This document shows positions 13,201 to 29,733 of a DNA stretch of 64,000 nt, piece after piece. The translations under genes were made by a program, and so were the position numbers. The stretch lies in the NCBI GenBank assembly GCA_004431415.1, contig QPMI01000010.1, positions 186,001 through 250,000 on the forward strand, written 5' to 3'. This stretch comes from Cyanophora paradoxa CCMP329 (taxonomy: Eukaryota > Plantae > Glaucophyta). The notes beneath the pieces are model-generated. The model made no database searches, had not been told where the DNA came from, and was given only the letters and a program-made list of their open reading frames with translations. The stretch's first letter is position 1. The number at the start of each line of letters is the position of its first letter.

Positions 13201-14687
13201 AACCGCGCCCGCCTTATCGGCGATCTGAAGAGGGCTCGTAAGCTGTGGGCGGGGCGCGGCGGGTGAAGGGAAGCACACGCGCTCGCCTCGCGTTCGAAGA
13301 GGTGGACGAGGTGGACCGGCACGGCGGGGTGCTCTCGGCGGCAGCGCACGCGTTCCCGCGGGCGTCGTGAAAGAAGGCACGATGCCGCGACCGCGCCGTG
13401 CAGGGCCCAGCGCCGGCAGCAACGAGCTCGAGGCGTCTACCGCGACACGATGTTCAACTCCTTCTGGAGCGGGTGAGGCGCCCACCAGCCTCGGCCTCGC
13501 CGGCGCCCGGCCTGAGGCGTACGACTTGCTAGCTTGCTGCTGGGGCTGAGCATCGGCCGCGGTGTCCGACTACTTGGCCACAGGCCACAGTGGCCAGTTC
13601 AGGGGGGGTACGTATACGTTTGCTCGCCAACCATCCTGCAGCGTGCAGGAGAGCACATCGTCTCGCGCCGCACCTTCGCACAGACAGCTAGCAAACCTCC
13701 AGCATCATCGTTTGACGCCAGCTTGGCCGCCCGGAGCGACGCCTGCGAGCGGCGCGACATCGCCCTTCCACGTGGCGCAAGAACGCAGGTCAGCGCACAC
13801 GGAACCATCGCGGATCGCTCGTAGCTAACGTTTAGAGCGCAGAAGACCGCCGCACCCAGCCGGCAGGTCGCGGCCTGTAGGTTCCAGGTCGAGCACGGTG
13901 CTAGGGGCTCGCAGCTTGAGCCTATGTGCGTCCAGTATGTGCTCATAAGTACAATGATTGGTTCCGGAACGTTTGGCGTCGAGTGCCGCGCGCGGATCGC
14001 TTAGCCATGGCCCTGCAGTACTAGTACTAGCTATAGTACTAGTGCATCATCCCTCATCTGCCCGAACTCCCAGCGTCCTAGCGCGCGGTTCCGGCGCGCG
14101 GTTCTGGCGGAGCGAACCGTACTTGTTGGGCGCTCGTCCGCTCTGGCACGTCAGAACCTAGATTTCGGATGCGCATGCCCTGGAACAGAAGATTCGGGCA
14201 CTTCGCTGTGATCTGCCCTAATCGATTTCGGATTGTCCGAAGTTCTCGTTCTGTGCGTTGGAACAAGAGCAGAAGCGCGCTTCCGCGAGCCGTTCCGTCC
14301 GTCGGAACGGACCCCCCCTTCCACCTGTACGTACATGCGTTAAGCTTCTGATGAAAGAAGCTTGGAGAGCGCTGAATCCAGATCGCTTATTAATAATCAT
14401 TCAATTGCAATCACATCGATATCGTTTTCACGTGGTAATTATATAAGCGTTGCATTTGCTGAGGAGGCCTTCGGGAGGGGCCTTCGTCACTTGAGCGCGC
14501 CCCCCGGCCCGCGCCCCCTGCAGCTGCCTCGCCCAACCTCTTGATCCGAGCTCGAAGTTTATTCTATTTTATTTCAAAGTGGCCCCGCGGCCGCTGAAAA
14601 GGGGCAGCGGTCTCTGCGTATACTTGCAAAGCGAAAGCGAAAGCGAAAGGTGAAAATTAAAGTCACTGAGTGTCACAGTGTCCTAAA

Positions 14688-19372
<4,685 letters not shown>

Positions 19373-19600
19373 ATGCATGATGCCGGATCGTGAGGGCTTC
19401 CGGTTTGCCGCGACGCCCGCCTGCGAATGCAAGCTTAAGCTGATCATCCACATCAGCACGGGACGTCGTCAAAATCTGCCAGGCTGCAGGCTGCCCGACT
19501 GCACTGCTGGTGGACTCTGGGAGTCTGCTAGCTCTGCTGCTTCAAGGCTTGCAAAGTTGCACTGCCGCATGCGCAGTGCAGCAATCGCCACTGATTCGCC

Positions 19601-19764
19601 AGTACTAGTGATTCGCCAAGTACTAAACTGCTACTACTAGGCTAGTCAATGAGTAGCAGTGAGTACCGTGTTACACAAAATTAGTACTAGTGATTCGCCA
19701 AGTACTAAACTGCTACTACTAGGCTAGTCAATGAGTAGCAGTGAGTACCGTGTTACACAAAATT
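19601..19764. repeat. 82-bp direct tandem duplication spanning a MITE left end
   Basis: agtactagtgattcgcc...gtaccgtgttacacaaaatt occurs at 19601-19682 and 19683-19764. Confidence 0.95.
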
Positions 19765-19964
19765 AACAGCCCGTTAATTAACAGATTATAAAATCCGGCC
19801 CTCCCTTCACCGAAATAACAGAGCCCCAAATTAACAGACTATGAAAATTTGGGCTTGTATATGGGGCGGTAATGTCGGGGGGGTAGATTGTATGGGACGA
19901 CTGCACGGCAGCGAATTAGCAGAGCTCTAAATTAACAGACTATGTCAAAATTTCGGTCTGTTAA

Positions 19965-21105
19965 TTTTTTTTTGAGAGACTACGGTGGGGCGAACCCCCC
20001 GTAGGTAGTGATATTAAAGACAACAAAGCAATCACAAATCAAAGATACAGTAAACTAGCACAAAATATATACAGAATCAAGAGGGATCACGAGAAGGGAC
20101 ACGATCAGAAGAACGCAAAAAATAAGGAGAACGAGCACGAGGAGAAGGAGTAGAAGAGCTCAAGGGCGTCGACGCAGAAGTACTAGTCACACTAGAACGA
20201 CGAGGAGCACGGGGACGCAGCAAATACTGGAGAACCAGAAATATTTAGTGGGCTGCATATTTATAGTACTAAAAAGTTTTGAGCGAAGTAACAAAGTTTT
20301 ATCGCTCACTAAAGAGGCGGGGAGGGGGGGGTACCGTTCGAAAAGGCCTTGAGCCGCCGCCGCCGAGCTCCAGCGATGAAAGGCCGGCGCCCGGCCAGCC
20401 GAGCAGCCGGCGCCACGCCTTGGCCCGAGCCCGACACGACGACGGTCTATCAGAAGGCGCGGCCGCTGGCGGGCGCCTGGTCGTTCTTTAATTTGGCAGA
20501 GTAGGCGAGAAGGCGAGCGAGTCGAGCGCATGCGCACGAACGCGTCGATCTGCCGGAGAAGCAGATGCATATGCCGCCCAGCCGCAGCGCCGTGGCGCTG
20601 AACGACCCCGCGACGTCGACGTCGACGCTGCGCGCGCGGGCTGCCCGACCCATCGAAAGCGTCACGGCGTCCAGCGTGAAGGAGGCGGAGGAGATCGTGG
20701 CTGTGAATGCTGCCGTGCTCGCAGAGGAAGCTAAGCCGGTCCGCTCGCCCGCTCGCCGGCCGGCGCACGTCGCTAACTGCGCCCGCGCTCAGCTGCAGAC
20801 CCCGGCCGCCGCGTCCGGTCTTGCCGACAAGGGCAAGAAGCACCAGACGTACACGGCGGAGGTGGCAACAGAGATCGGTGGCAACAGCAGCGATCTGCAG
20901 CGGCGGGGGCGCGGGGGGGGCGGGGGGGGGCCTCCGCTGACGCCCCCGGCCCTAGGGAGCGGTTTGGCCGGACCTACCAAATATTTCCCGCCCACTAAAA
21001 TGACCAAAATCGCGAAGTACTAATTATTTTCCTGTACTAAATTAACCAGTTCTACAGTAAGGAGAACGAGCACGAGGAACTACAGTCGAAGACGAAGATC
21101 TAGAC
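19965..21105 (-). mobile_element. 5'-truncated non-LTR retroelement, family A, copy 1 (itself interrupted at 20227-21057)
   Basis: Poly-T at 19965-19973, then a near-exact reverse complement of about 26805-27112. The sequence resumes at 21060 after the inserted element. Confidence 0.85.
20227..21057 (+). mobile_element. Internally deleted pogo/Tc1-like DNA transposon
   Basis: TA duplication (20225-26 and 21058-59), confirmed by the uninterrupted site in retroelement copy 2. Imperfect TIRs ctggagaacc.. / ..gttctacag. Residual ORF containing KGKKHQTYTAE resembles the start of a pogo HTH domain (inference). Confidence 0.8.
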
Positions 21106-21877
21106 TTGAGACTCTGTTAATTGAGTGAGTCCAGTATTTATGTGTTACACTGGCGCCGTGACGCCGAGTTGCCGTCGACCGTCGGACTCGCCGACTCGAC
21201 CCTGCGCATGCGACGGCGGCTCCCCAGTGAGTCCCCACTGGGCCAGGAGTCCGTGACTTACTGAGTCACGGACTCCGGTCACGTGCACAGACTCTGAGAG
21301 TCCGGTGAGTCGGCGGTGACTCCGACTCCGAAGCCTTGTACGTGTTCGGAACTTCGGAAGGTCGACGTCCGCGGCAGCGGCCGGACTTCCGGTCCAGTGC
21401 CGGAGCTCGAGTCCGGGATCCGCGCCGCGTCTGGCCCGGGAGTCAGGGAGGACCGGCCCGGCCGCGGCCCCGGCGGGACAGTGGCGGGACTCCCGCCGGC
21501 GCCCGGCCGCATGCGCAGTCTCCCGGCCGCGGCCGCGCGGACTCGTCCACGGTCAACCGCTAATTTTAATTTATAATCATGATCATTTATACTTAATTCG
21601 AATCTCCGGAACTGCGGGCAGTCTGAGTCTGCGGCACCCCCGGCAGTCGAAAAACAAATTAAAACTGACACTACTAGCCTAGTAGTAGTCAGTGCCACGG
21701 TGTAGTAGTAGTCGCTGTCGTGACTAACTTAGTAACTGAGTTACTGCACTGGCATTTGGTAACTTCAAGAGTAAGATCTAGAACACATGTACAGCACATG
21801 AGAACATTCACAGCTGCGCAGAACGGCAATTTACGGCAATTCAATGATTTAAAACATCGGCTAAAAAAGCATCAGTC

Positions 21878-22078
21878 AGCCAAGTTGCCGAAATTAAAAT
21901 TGAAAAGTTAGGGTTAGCGTATAGTAGTTCCGGGGGAGCCTCTATAGGTCCGAGTCTGGGAGGCCGAACCGTCAGGTTGACGTTGTGCAAGAACGAATTC
22001 GAACCGTTGTTTTGTTTTGACAATTTGATTCGATCATAGCTTTTCGTCACGTCACGGCGTTTATATATATATAGCATA
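21878..22078. repeat. Unclassified repeat; a second, fragmented copy lies at 23608-23671 + 25220-25322 + 26253-26291
   Basis: Shared blocks gccaagttgc, gccgaaccgtcaggtt(g/a)acgtt, gaaccgtt..ttt(g)acaatttgattcgatca and cgtcacggcg(TA)nGCATA. Confidence 0.7.
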
Positions 22079-22189
22079 TACCCGCCGGGCCGTGCCACGG
22101 TGAGTCCGTGACCCTAGTACGTAGTACGTACTACTAGTCTACTACTACGGTACTACGTATCATAGTATACGTAGTAGTACGGTAGACTT

Positions 22190-22733
22190 CAGGGATGGGA
22201 AAATTTTTGGGGGTCCCCCAAGGGTCCAAAAAGTTTTGCAAAACTTTTTGCCTTGTATGTAAAATTTTTGCGAAATTTTTTGAAAATTTTTGCCCCGAAT
22301 TAAGAATCGAAACCGTCGTCTAAAGTGCTTCAAATCGCGTTCAAACACGTCTAAAACATTGTTTAACTCATGTTTATCGATCGCAGGCTTGCGAGAGATG
22401 CTATCTGCACATGAAATCGATATCCGCCTGCTCGTGTTTCAAGGCCAAGCTTAAGTACCCCCCTCCCCAACAGGAGCCAGAATTCGAAGCTCAAGAACTC
22501 GCCTTCCACGCTCAGAATAGCCTCAGATTACCTTCTATGTCGTTTATATCTTCATTTAACATCGCCTGAGCCGCCGCAAACGATATATTTCGGAGGATGA
22601 GGGGGGGGTGGGGTGCAAAAGTTTTTCCAAAAATTTTGGAGGGCCGAAACGGGGACCAAAACGTTTCTGAAAAGTTTTGCAAAACTTTCAAGTTTTTGCA
22701 TTCTTTTTCCAAAAGTTTTGGGCGGCGAACCCT
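22190..22733. mobile_element. Probable non-autonomous DNA element (hAT-like ends)
   Basis: caggg...ccctg ends and multiple aaaagttttg/caaaactttt subterminal repeats at both ends. No TSD found. Confidence 0.4.
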
Positions 22734-23447
22734 GCCTATGGCGCAGTTTCCGCCATACAAACTTTTTCGAGTCAAGTCGATTGACTAAACTCGGCCGAGT
22801 TTGCAGACTGGGGCCACCTTTTGACTAGGGCTGGGCCGGTGGCGGCCGGTGGCAGTGGCAGCCTGCCGCAGCCTGGCAGTGCCACCGACCGACCGGGTGG
22901 AAAGTCCGGCCCACCGCCATACAAGTTGATACAACGCCCGGACGTACCATACAAATAAAAATTCTAGGGGGGGTAGGCTAGGCTGAGCGCGGGCGGGGTC
23001 CAAACGTTAACGTTAACGGCGCCGGCTGCACATGACGTCGACAGGCCACATGACCGCGCTCTAGATCTCTTGCTGCGCTCAGCACGTCGACGTCTCCGAG
23101 GCTCCGAAATCGAGTTTATACCGCAGAACCGCGCCGGCGCGTGCACGTGCCACGGTGCGCCGCGGCCGCTGTCCGCAGCCGAGCACGCCGGCCGGGCCGG
23201 GTGCTCTTAATTATAAGCTTGTTGCGCTCGGCACTGGCCATGGGCTGGGGTCGTTCTGCCGCGCGCATGTGCCACGCGTACGGTGCGTGCCACTAGTACT
23301 CTTTCATTAGATCCCGGTTCCCCCCTCAGGGCTTTGCACCCCCGGCGCGAAAATCGCGGCCGGGCCACTAGTTACTATGATATCGATCGGGCCCCGGGCC
23401 CGGGGGTCCGGGTCTAAAAACGCACTAATATCGTGGGAATTAATATC

Positions 23448-23484
23448 TTTTTTTTGTGAATTACCGGCCACAGCCTCTAGTCTA
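23448..23484 (-). mobile_element. Ultra-short (37-nt) retro-insertion, family B 3' tail
   Basis: Poly-T plus gtgaattaccggccacag, flanked by a perfect 15-bp TSD gtgggaattaatatc (23433-23447 and 23485-23499). Confidence 0.85.
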
Positions 23485-23671
23485 GTGGGAATTAATATCG
23501 TGTTTTAGGCCTAAAGGGCATAAAGACAAAAAAAAGCAAAATAACTAAGACAAGAGCTCGAGAGGGCTCAGCAGCGGCCGGACTCGGCTTTTCAAACGAC
23601 ATAAATTTGCCAAGTTGCATCATGGCATGACATAATATTGTGTTCTACAACTTCTACGATATGCCCAGGCG

Positions 23672-25073
23672 TAGGCCTGATGCTTGACCCCCCCCGGCTT
23701 CAAGCCAAGCCAAGCCAAATTTTGGCCTTCCGGAGTCAAGCCAAGCCAAGCACCCGAGCCGGCCGGCTCAAATGCTTGGCCCCTCGGCTAGGTCAAATAT
23801 TTGTCAAATGCTTGAGGGGGGGGTACCCCATGTACGCCCCTCTTCCCCTAGGCCTCTAGATCTAGCTATAGATCTTCCCTAAGGCGCGCGCTAGCTAGCT
23901 ACGCACGTACGTATACGATCTTGCTCAAATTGACTCAGTGAAACATAAACAACTAACTCGACTTCCGCTTCTTTCCATCTGGAGACCCTTCAGGTCGCCC
24001 TACTGCCTTCTTAATCTGGCCTGCCAACTCGAAAATGGGAACACCAGCAAGGTATACGTACAGCTCATACAGATTAACGAGAGCAGCAATGGAATCATCG
24101 TTAAGAGAAGCCCTATTCTCTACAACGATCTGGCCAGCATGCGACCAGACACGCTCAGAATAAGTAGAAGAACCGGGGCAAGAGCCATAGCGGCGGTACA
24201 GGGCAGAAACGTAAGGAAAATCTAGCATATGCTCGCGAAACCAAACAAGGGGGTCCTGGCCCCAAGAGAGAGCTACAAGGGCGTCCCACTCAGCTATCTC
24301 TGTGAGGTAGCTCTTAAGCTGCGGCTCTAGGGGGTTGCCGGGGGCGGCGGGAGGAAGGGGCCCCGCGCCGCGCGCGGGGCCTTCAGCGCCCCGGGCCCGC
24401 GCCAGTGACACCCGCGAGCTTGCGCTCGAGGCTAGAGACCACGCGCCCCTCCTGAGGGGCGGGGGCGGGGGCGGGCGCACGGGTTCAGGGCCAAGGCCCA
24501 GCCGCGCATCCAGTGCGCGCTTGCCACGCTGAAAGGCAACATGCCGGTAACGATTGCGCGAGCCAGCGCGTGGTGCTTCGCCAGGTTATCTTCATCCGAG
24601 AGCGGCTTCACGGCCTCAAAGGCTGGGCCGAGCGTCGCCTGCCCTGCCGCGTGCTGAGCGGATTCGCCATCTGTCGGCGCGAACAGCCCGTGCTGCGTGT
24701 TGAAATGGCTGTCGATGCTCGATGTCGCGCTGATGTTTTTGAACACTGTCTTACAAGCGAACTGCCGCAGTGCCGGCCGTGCTTCTCCTTGTTGAGCAGG
24801 CACATCGCTGCTTTCTTCCCGTGCAGCTTCCCCTGGATGATCTTGTCGCCCTGCCAGACCCACGAAGTGAGAATGTGGATCTGCCGCTTAAGCCAGAGGT
24901 GGCTGTCCATCGGCTCGAAGTCGTCCGCGTCCGTGCGCGGCCCTTGCGCTGCTGCAGGCGCCCCTGGCGCAGCTGCAGCTGCAGGCGCATCGCTGGAGCC
25001 GGCGATGGGCTGCGCGGGGGCACGGAATGAGATGTTGCCGGACGCGTCCTTGCCGATGACTTGCCGGACGCGT

Positions 25074-25104
<31 letters not shown>

Positions 25105-25211
25105 ATAATATTTGCAAGTATCTTCAAGCACGGCTTTCTGGCTCAAATGCTTGGCGCTAGAGGTCAAGCCAAGTGCTTGAGGCAAATGCTTGACCCCAAG
25201 CAGCAGGCCTA
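23672..25211 (-). mobile_element. Internally deleted hAT transposon
   Basis: TIR taggcctg(a/c)tgcttg and 8-bp TSD cccaggcg (23664-71 and 25212-19). caagcc/tgcttg subterminal repeats. Remnant transposase has a BED-like C..C..H..H, LARAIVTGMLPFSV, and the hAT dimerisation motif DPLVWF..FPYVSAL..CPGSSTYSERVWS..RASL. The catalytic core is deleted. Confidence 0.93.
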
Positions 25212-25322
25212 CCCAGGCGGGGAAGCCGAACCGTCAGGTTAACGTTTCGAAAACTATCCGGTACCCCTCCAGTGCGAGGACGAACCGTTTTTTGTTTTAC
25301 AATTTGATTCGATCACAGCCTC

Positions 25323-26240
25323 TTTTTGTTTTGGTGAATTACCGGCCACAGTCTCTAGACACCAGCACTGCGGGGGCTGCCCAGCAGTGATGTTAACCTT
25401 ACCAGTAATATTCTGTAATATACATTATAATAATGCATTATAATAATATTATTGTAATAGTGCCACTTTCCGGGGTTACCGGTAAGGTGTATTACAGGTT
25501 GGAAAGACCCCCTTATTTCACGAGCAGCAGCGCTCTGCGACGTACCTACACAGTATTTAACAACATATAAGCTATATTTGACAGTTCTGATGACCAGGAA
25601 GCTCTTTAACAGCCCCGTTCGACCTTGCTTGATGGGGTACCCCTGTAGTGTGCCTCAAAAGGCCTCAGGGCCTCTTAAACCATGTTAGCAATAAGCTTAA
25701 AGTCACATCTTGCATGTTTCACGTGATAAGAGAGTGTTTCGGACAGATTAGCATCAAGAATAAGCAGCGCAGGGCTGCGGGAATGGGGTTTCTATGAGGT
25801 ATTACAGGTAATATGGTATAACATTAGTAAGGTTTATTATAATACCATTAAACATAATCGGTAATAGTGCGTTTTTGGGATTAATTAGTAATAACATCAC
25901 TGCTGCCCAGGGGGCATAAAGACAAAAAAGCAAAATATTTTTTACTAAGACAAGAGCACGAAGAAAGATAAGACAAAGAGCCAAAATCGACAATTAGAAA
26001 GGAAAGACACAGAGCTCGAGACAGATCGATAGCGAGAAGAGACAATAAATCGAGCAGATCTAGGGACAGAGGATAACTGACACGAAGAAGAGCCAGAGCT
26101 AGAGATACCATCAATATCAGAAGAAATTACATCACTAAGAAGCGGGGGACAAAATTAAGAAAGATAAATAACAGGAAGAAGACAAGTAAGAGGAACAACA
26201 AGACGACATGGAGGCGGAGGCGAAGCAGGACGATGCGAAA
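25323..26240 (-). mobile_element. 5'-truncated non-LTR retroelement, family B (interrupted by a hAT MITE)
   Basis: T-rich tail, then gtgaattaccggccacagtc. 12-bp TSD gatcacagcctc (25311-22 and 26241-52). Pyrimidine-rich 3' UTR on the - strand. The equivalent empty site is visible near 22032. Confidence 0.85.
25385..25902. mobile_element. hAT-type MITE
   Basis: 11-bp TIR cagtgatgtta/taacatcactg with 8-bp TSD ctgcccag (25377-84 and 25903-10). AT-rich and non-coding. Confidence 0.92.
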
Positions 26241-26320
26241 GATCACAGCCTCACAGGTTATACGTCACGGCGTATATATATATATAGCATACAATTTAAC
26301 TAGTAATTTACTACTGTAGT

Positions 26321-27112
26321 TAGCTCTGCCTCTTCCTCCTCCATCTCTCACTGTTAGCCCTCAGGCAGTTCCGCCTCTTTATCTTCAGCGACCGTCAGAC
26401 CGTATAGTTTTTGGCAGCGAGTATTTTGTGTATGGTGACGTTCCTCGTGTGTACCCTTCTCTCTCTTCTACTTCGCTATATTTGCCTCTCCCGCCTGGTT
26501 CAGCCCCATCGTCTGCCTTCCCTGTCACTACTGGCTTGCGTTTCGCCCCTCCTCTTATACTGCCGATTCCGAGTCTGCACCCGAGCTCTGCCCCTTTCCT
26601 CGTGTCGTCCCCAGTTCCTCAGATTAGTCTTCAGCCGTCCATTGTTTTACCAACTCTACAATCTCGATTCCGTTTAGACACTCCGCCAGCTTCGACTTTC
26701 CCCTCTAGTGGTGTCCTACGTTTCGCCTCTCCTACTGTTCTACCGCCTTTGCCTCCTGCGACTACGTCTTCTAGTTCTGCTGTTAGCTCTGTCTTGTCGT
26801 CTTCGTCTAGATCTTCGTCTTCGACTGTAGTTCCTCGTGCTCGTTCTCCTTATTTGCTGCGTCCCCGTGCTCCTCGTCGTTCTAGTGTGACTAGTACTTC
26901 TGCATCGACGCCCTTGAGCTCTTCTACTCCTTCTCTTCGTGCTCGTTCTCCTTATCTTTTGCGTTCTTCTGATCGTGTCCCTTCTCGTGATCCCTCTTGA
27001 TTCTGTATATATTTTGTGCTAGTTTACTGTATCTTTGATTTGTGATTGCTTTGTTGTCTTTAATATCACTACCTACGGGGGGTTCGCCCCACCGTAGTCT
27101 CTCAAAAAAAAA
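26321..27112 (+). mobile_element. 5'-truncated non-LTR retroelement, family A, copy 2
   Basis: Ser/Pro/Arg-rich ORF C-terminus ending TGA at 27000, U-rich 3' UTR, stem-loop ctacgggggg-TTCG-ccccaccgtag, A9 tail, and 9-bp TSD tactgtagt (26312-20 and 27113-21). Confidence 0.88.
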
Positions 27113-27639
27113 TACTGTAGTAAGCCGCCGATTGCCAATGCCTACGACTTTTTTTTCAAAAAGCCCACCCGGGCAATATTCGTATTAAAAGGACAACAAT
27201 TACCGCCCCGTCGACGTCATGGAAGTTTGACTGGGGGGGCACCGTCCGACTGCTATCTGCTCTGCGGCATAGAGGGAAGACGTCGTGCTACCCTGCCCTA
27301 GCTAGCTGCGAGCTATGATGAAGGAGCGGTGTGGCCATGGAGTCGAGTCGGTCCTTGCAATTGGCCCTGCAAGAGGGGGGGGGAGGGGGGGGGGGAAGGC
27401 TCTGTCTGCCCTAGCTATAGCTAGGAGCTATCTGTCGGAGTCTAGATCTCGGCCCTGGGGAGGGGGGCGGAGCTCGAGGGAATTCGAAGACGGGGCACAC
27501 GGGGCGTGGGGGGGTGGCGGGGGCGGGGCGGAGGGAGGGGAATTCGCAACGGGGCGGGGGCGGGGTGCACAGCGGGGTGCACGTGGGGGGCGGCGGGGCG
27601 GGGCGCTGAAGGGCGGCCAGGGCGGGGCGCCGGAGCCAA

Positions 27640-27815
27640 AGGCGCGGGCGCGGAGCCGAGGCGGGGGCGGGGCGCTGGAGCCGGAGGGCGGGGCGGGGCG
27701 CTGGAGCCGGAGGGCGGGGGCGGGCGCTGGAGCCGGAGGGCGGGGGCGGGCGCTGGAGCCGGAGGGCGGGGCGGGGCGCTGGAGCCGGAGGGCGGGGGCG
27801 GGGCGCTGGCGCCGC
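27640..27815. repeat. G-rich minisatellite
   Basis: About 5-6 copies of ggggcgg(g)gcgctggagccggagggcg (25-29 nt). Confidence 0.85.
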
Positions 27816-27879
27816 GGCCGGCGGCAGGGGCCGGCTTGGAAGCCGGGTCCGGGCCGAGCTTATTCGGGGGGCACATTCC

Positions 27880-29330
27880 GCAGTTTTCTTAGCGTTGCGA
27901 TATTAATGCGCCCCCGAATTAATGCGTTTTGCCATGGCCAGCGGAAAACGCATTAATTGCAAGGGGGGGTACCCCCTCCCTTGCGCATGCTCCCCTGGTG
28001 AGTTGGTGCGGCGTACTTTCTGTGTCAGCAATTTTTGTAAGATGCGATTCTTTGCATGCGCTCTCGTATAGGTGTGATCGCATCATAGCCGCTGGAAGCG
28101 GCCGAAAAAAATGCAGGGGCGGGGCTGCGCATGCGCAAACATGTCGACGTCGAGGTCGCGCCTCACCTGCTATTGCTATACGCGCCGGACCACGTGCTCC
28201 TGATTGCTCTCAATGAGCTCTACAAACTTTGTCATACATGCCCGGGCTCGAGATCTAGAAGCGGCGCGTTGCGCGCTAGGCCGCCTCAAGTACCTTTTGT
28301 ACCGGGCGCCGTAAAAAAGCGCTCCGGATCCTGCGAGTTGGATTTTTTCGAGACTCGAGCAGGGGGGGAATGGATGCCGATATCGTGTTGCATGCGCGCG
28401 CAGTACCCGGAGTGGTCGTACTGCTGCAGCACTGGTGCTGGTCGTACCACTTGGCCGCGCCGTCACGGCGTGAGAGAGTGCAGAAAGAAGCGGGCGCCTT
28501 CTTCACTTCTTTCTCCGGTGCGCACCCGGGCCGCGGCGTTTCGCCCACCCTCCAGGCGGACTCCGATGTCAAGCCCTTCAAGCGCAAGTACGGGGCGGAT
28601 CACCACTCGCACGCCTCGGCCCGCGGCCGGACCGGATGCGTGGCTTGACCCGCGGCCGCGGCCGGCGCTCCGTACTAGCTGTACTACGGTAGCGGAGGGT
28701 GGCGGCGTCGCAGTATTCGCAGCTGCTCCTAGTTCGCCGCGCCGGGCTGCTTCCCTGCCCGCTGCTCCCAGCTGCTCCGCGCGCCCGCTGCTTCAGCAGC
28801 TGCTCCCTGCCCGTCGCCCCGCCCGCTGCTTCAGCTTCGTCGACTCCAGGTTCGCCCCGCCGGCGCCGCTGCTGCCGCGCGCGTCACCCGGCCGCCCCCG
28901 CTGGGCCCCGCCCCCGCACGGCCGCTGTCCGGGGCGAGCTGACGCCTCGGTTCTGCGCATGTGCAGGCTACGCGAAGGGCCCGGTGCCACCTGTCTCTCC
29001 TCCGGATCCCGCTTTCCCGCCCGCCGCCGCCGCCGCCAGCGTCGCCACCCCACCTACCCGCCTCGCCACCCCGCCCGCCTCGCCCGGCCGCCCGCCTTGC
29101 CTTTCTAGCTGCCCCCTCCGCCCCCCTCCCCTGCGCCCCCCGCCTCCCCCCCAAGTACCCTGCAATGTGTACCAGAACCCCCCATTGCACCTCCGCGCGC
29201 GGCCCGCACTTGCCGCACTTGCACAGGGCAGGGCGCGGTCTGCTAGTTAGGGGGCGCATTATTAGCCATACGAGGGGTTCGGGTCCAAAAACGCATTAAT
29301 ATCGGGCGTATTAATTAAGTGTTTTACGAG
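27880..29330 (+). mobile_element. Degenerate pogo-like transposon remnant
   Basis: Right end gtgttttacgag|TA and gcattaat repeats shared with the MITE at 47060. ORF 28370-28648 (VVLLQHWCWSYHL...PGRGVSPTLQADSDVKPFKRKY) resembles the pogo/DDE_1 motif P..T..LQP.D...KPFK..Y. Left end uncertain. Confidence 0.55.
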
Positions 29331-29549
29331 TAACTCGTAGCGCACAGCCTCCGACTAGTCCTCGAGGCTCCGAGGCTCAGGGGATTCAGCCGCTGAGCCT
29401 CATTCAGGGCCTGCCGGCGGGCTGCCCGCCGGGCCGGCCGCCGGCCGCGGCGAGTCTGTGAGTCGAGACTGTGACTCCTGCCGCGATCGCGAGGCAGTGC
29501 GAGCACGAGCAGCACATGGCGCGCGTAGATAACCAGCGAAAGGCCTCTA

Positions 29550-29733
29550 CCGTGTGGCACTAAATTACCGCGGCATAAATTACCGCGTTAGAAACTCCGG
29601 CCCGAGGGTGGCCAAAATACCGCGGTACCAAATTACCGCGTTTTAACAAATTCTCGACGCGGTAATTTGGTACCGCGGTATACGTAATTAAGTGAGCGCG
29701 GTATTATAGTGCCCGGCCAGTGCGGCCACACGG
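29550..29733. mobile_element. pogo/Tc1-type MITE (aattaccgcg subfamily)
   Basis: TA|ccgtgtggc...gccacacgg|TA with repeated aattaccgcg. Confidence 0.85.

Larger units (their letters stand above)
19748..21152. mobile_element. pogo/Tc1-type MITE split by a nested retroelement
   Basis: Left end TA|ccgtgttacacaaaat; right end atttatgtgttacactg. Internal blocks (ggccctccc, ggcttgtat..ggggcggtaat, tccagtattt) are collinear with the intact MITE at 45824-46083. Confidence 0.8.

Noticed and set aside
11875-13485. 300-460-aa Arg/Pro/Gly-rich ORFs in five frames
   Set aside because: They are open only because the GC minisatellite lacks stop codons. No domain or splice structure.
21154-22059. cgccgtgacg / cgtcacggcg as TIRs of a 900-bp element
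   Set aside because: Only 10 bp and no TSD. The right-hand word is internal to a repeat also present at 26263.
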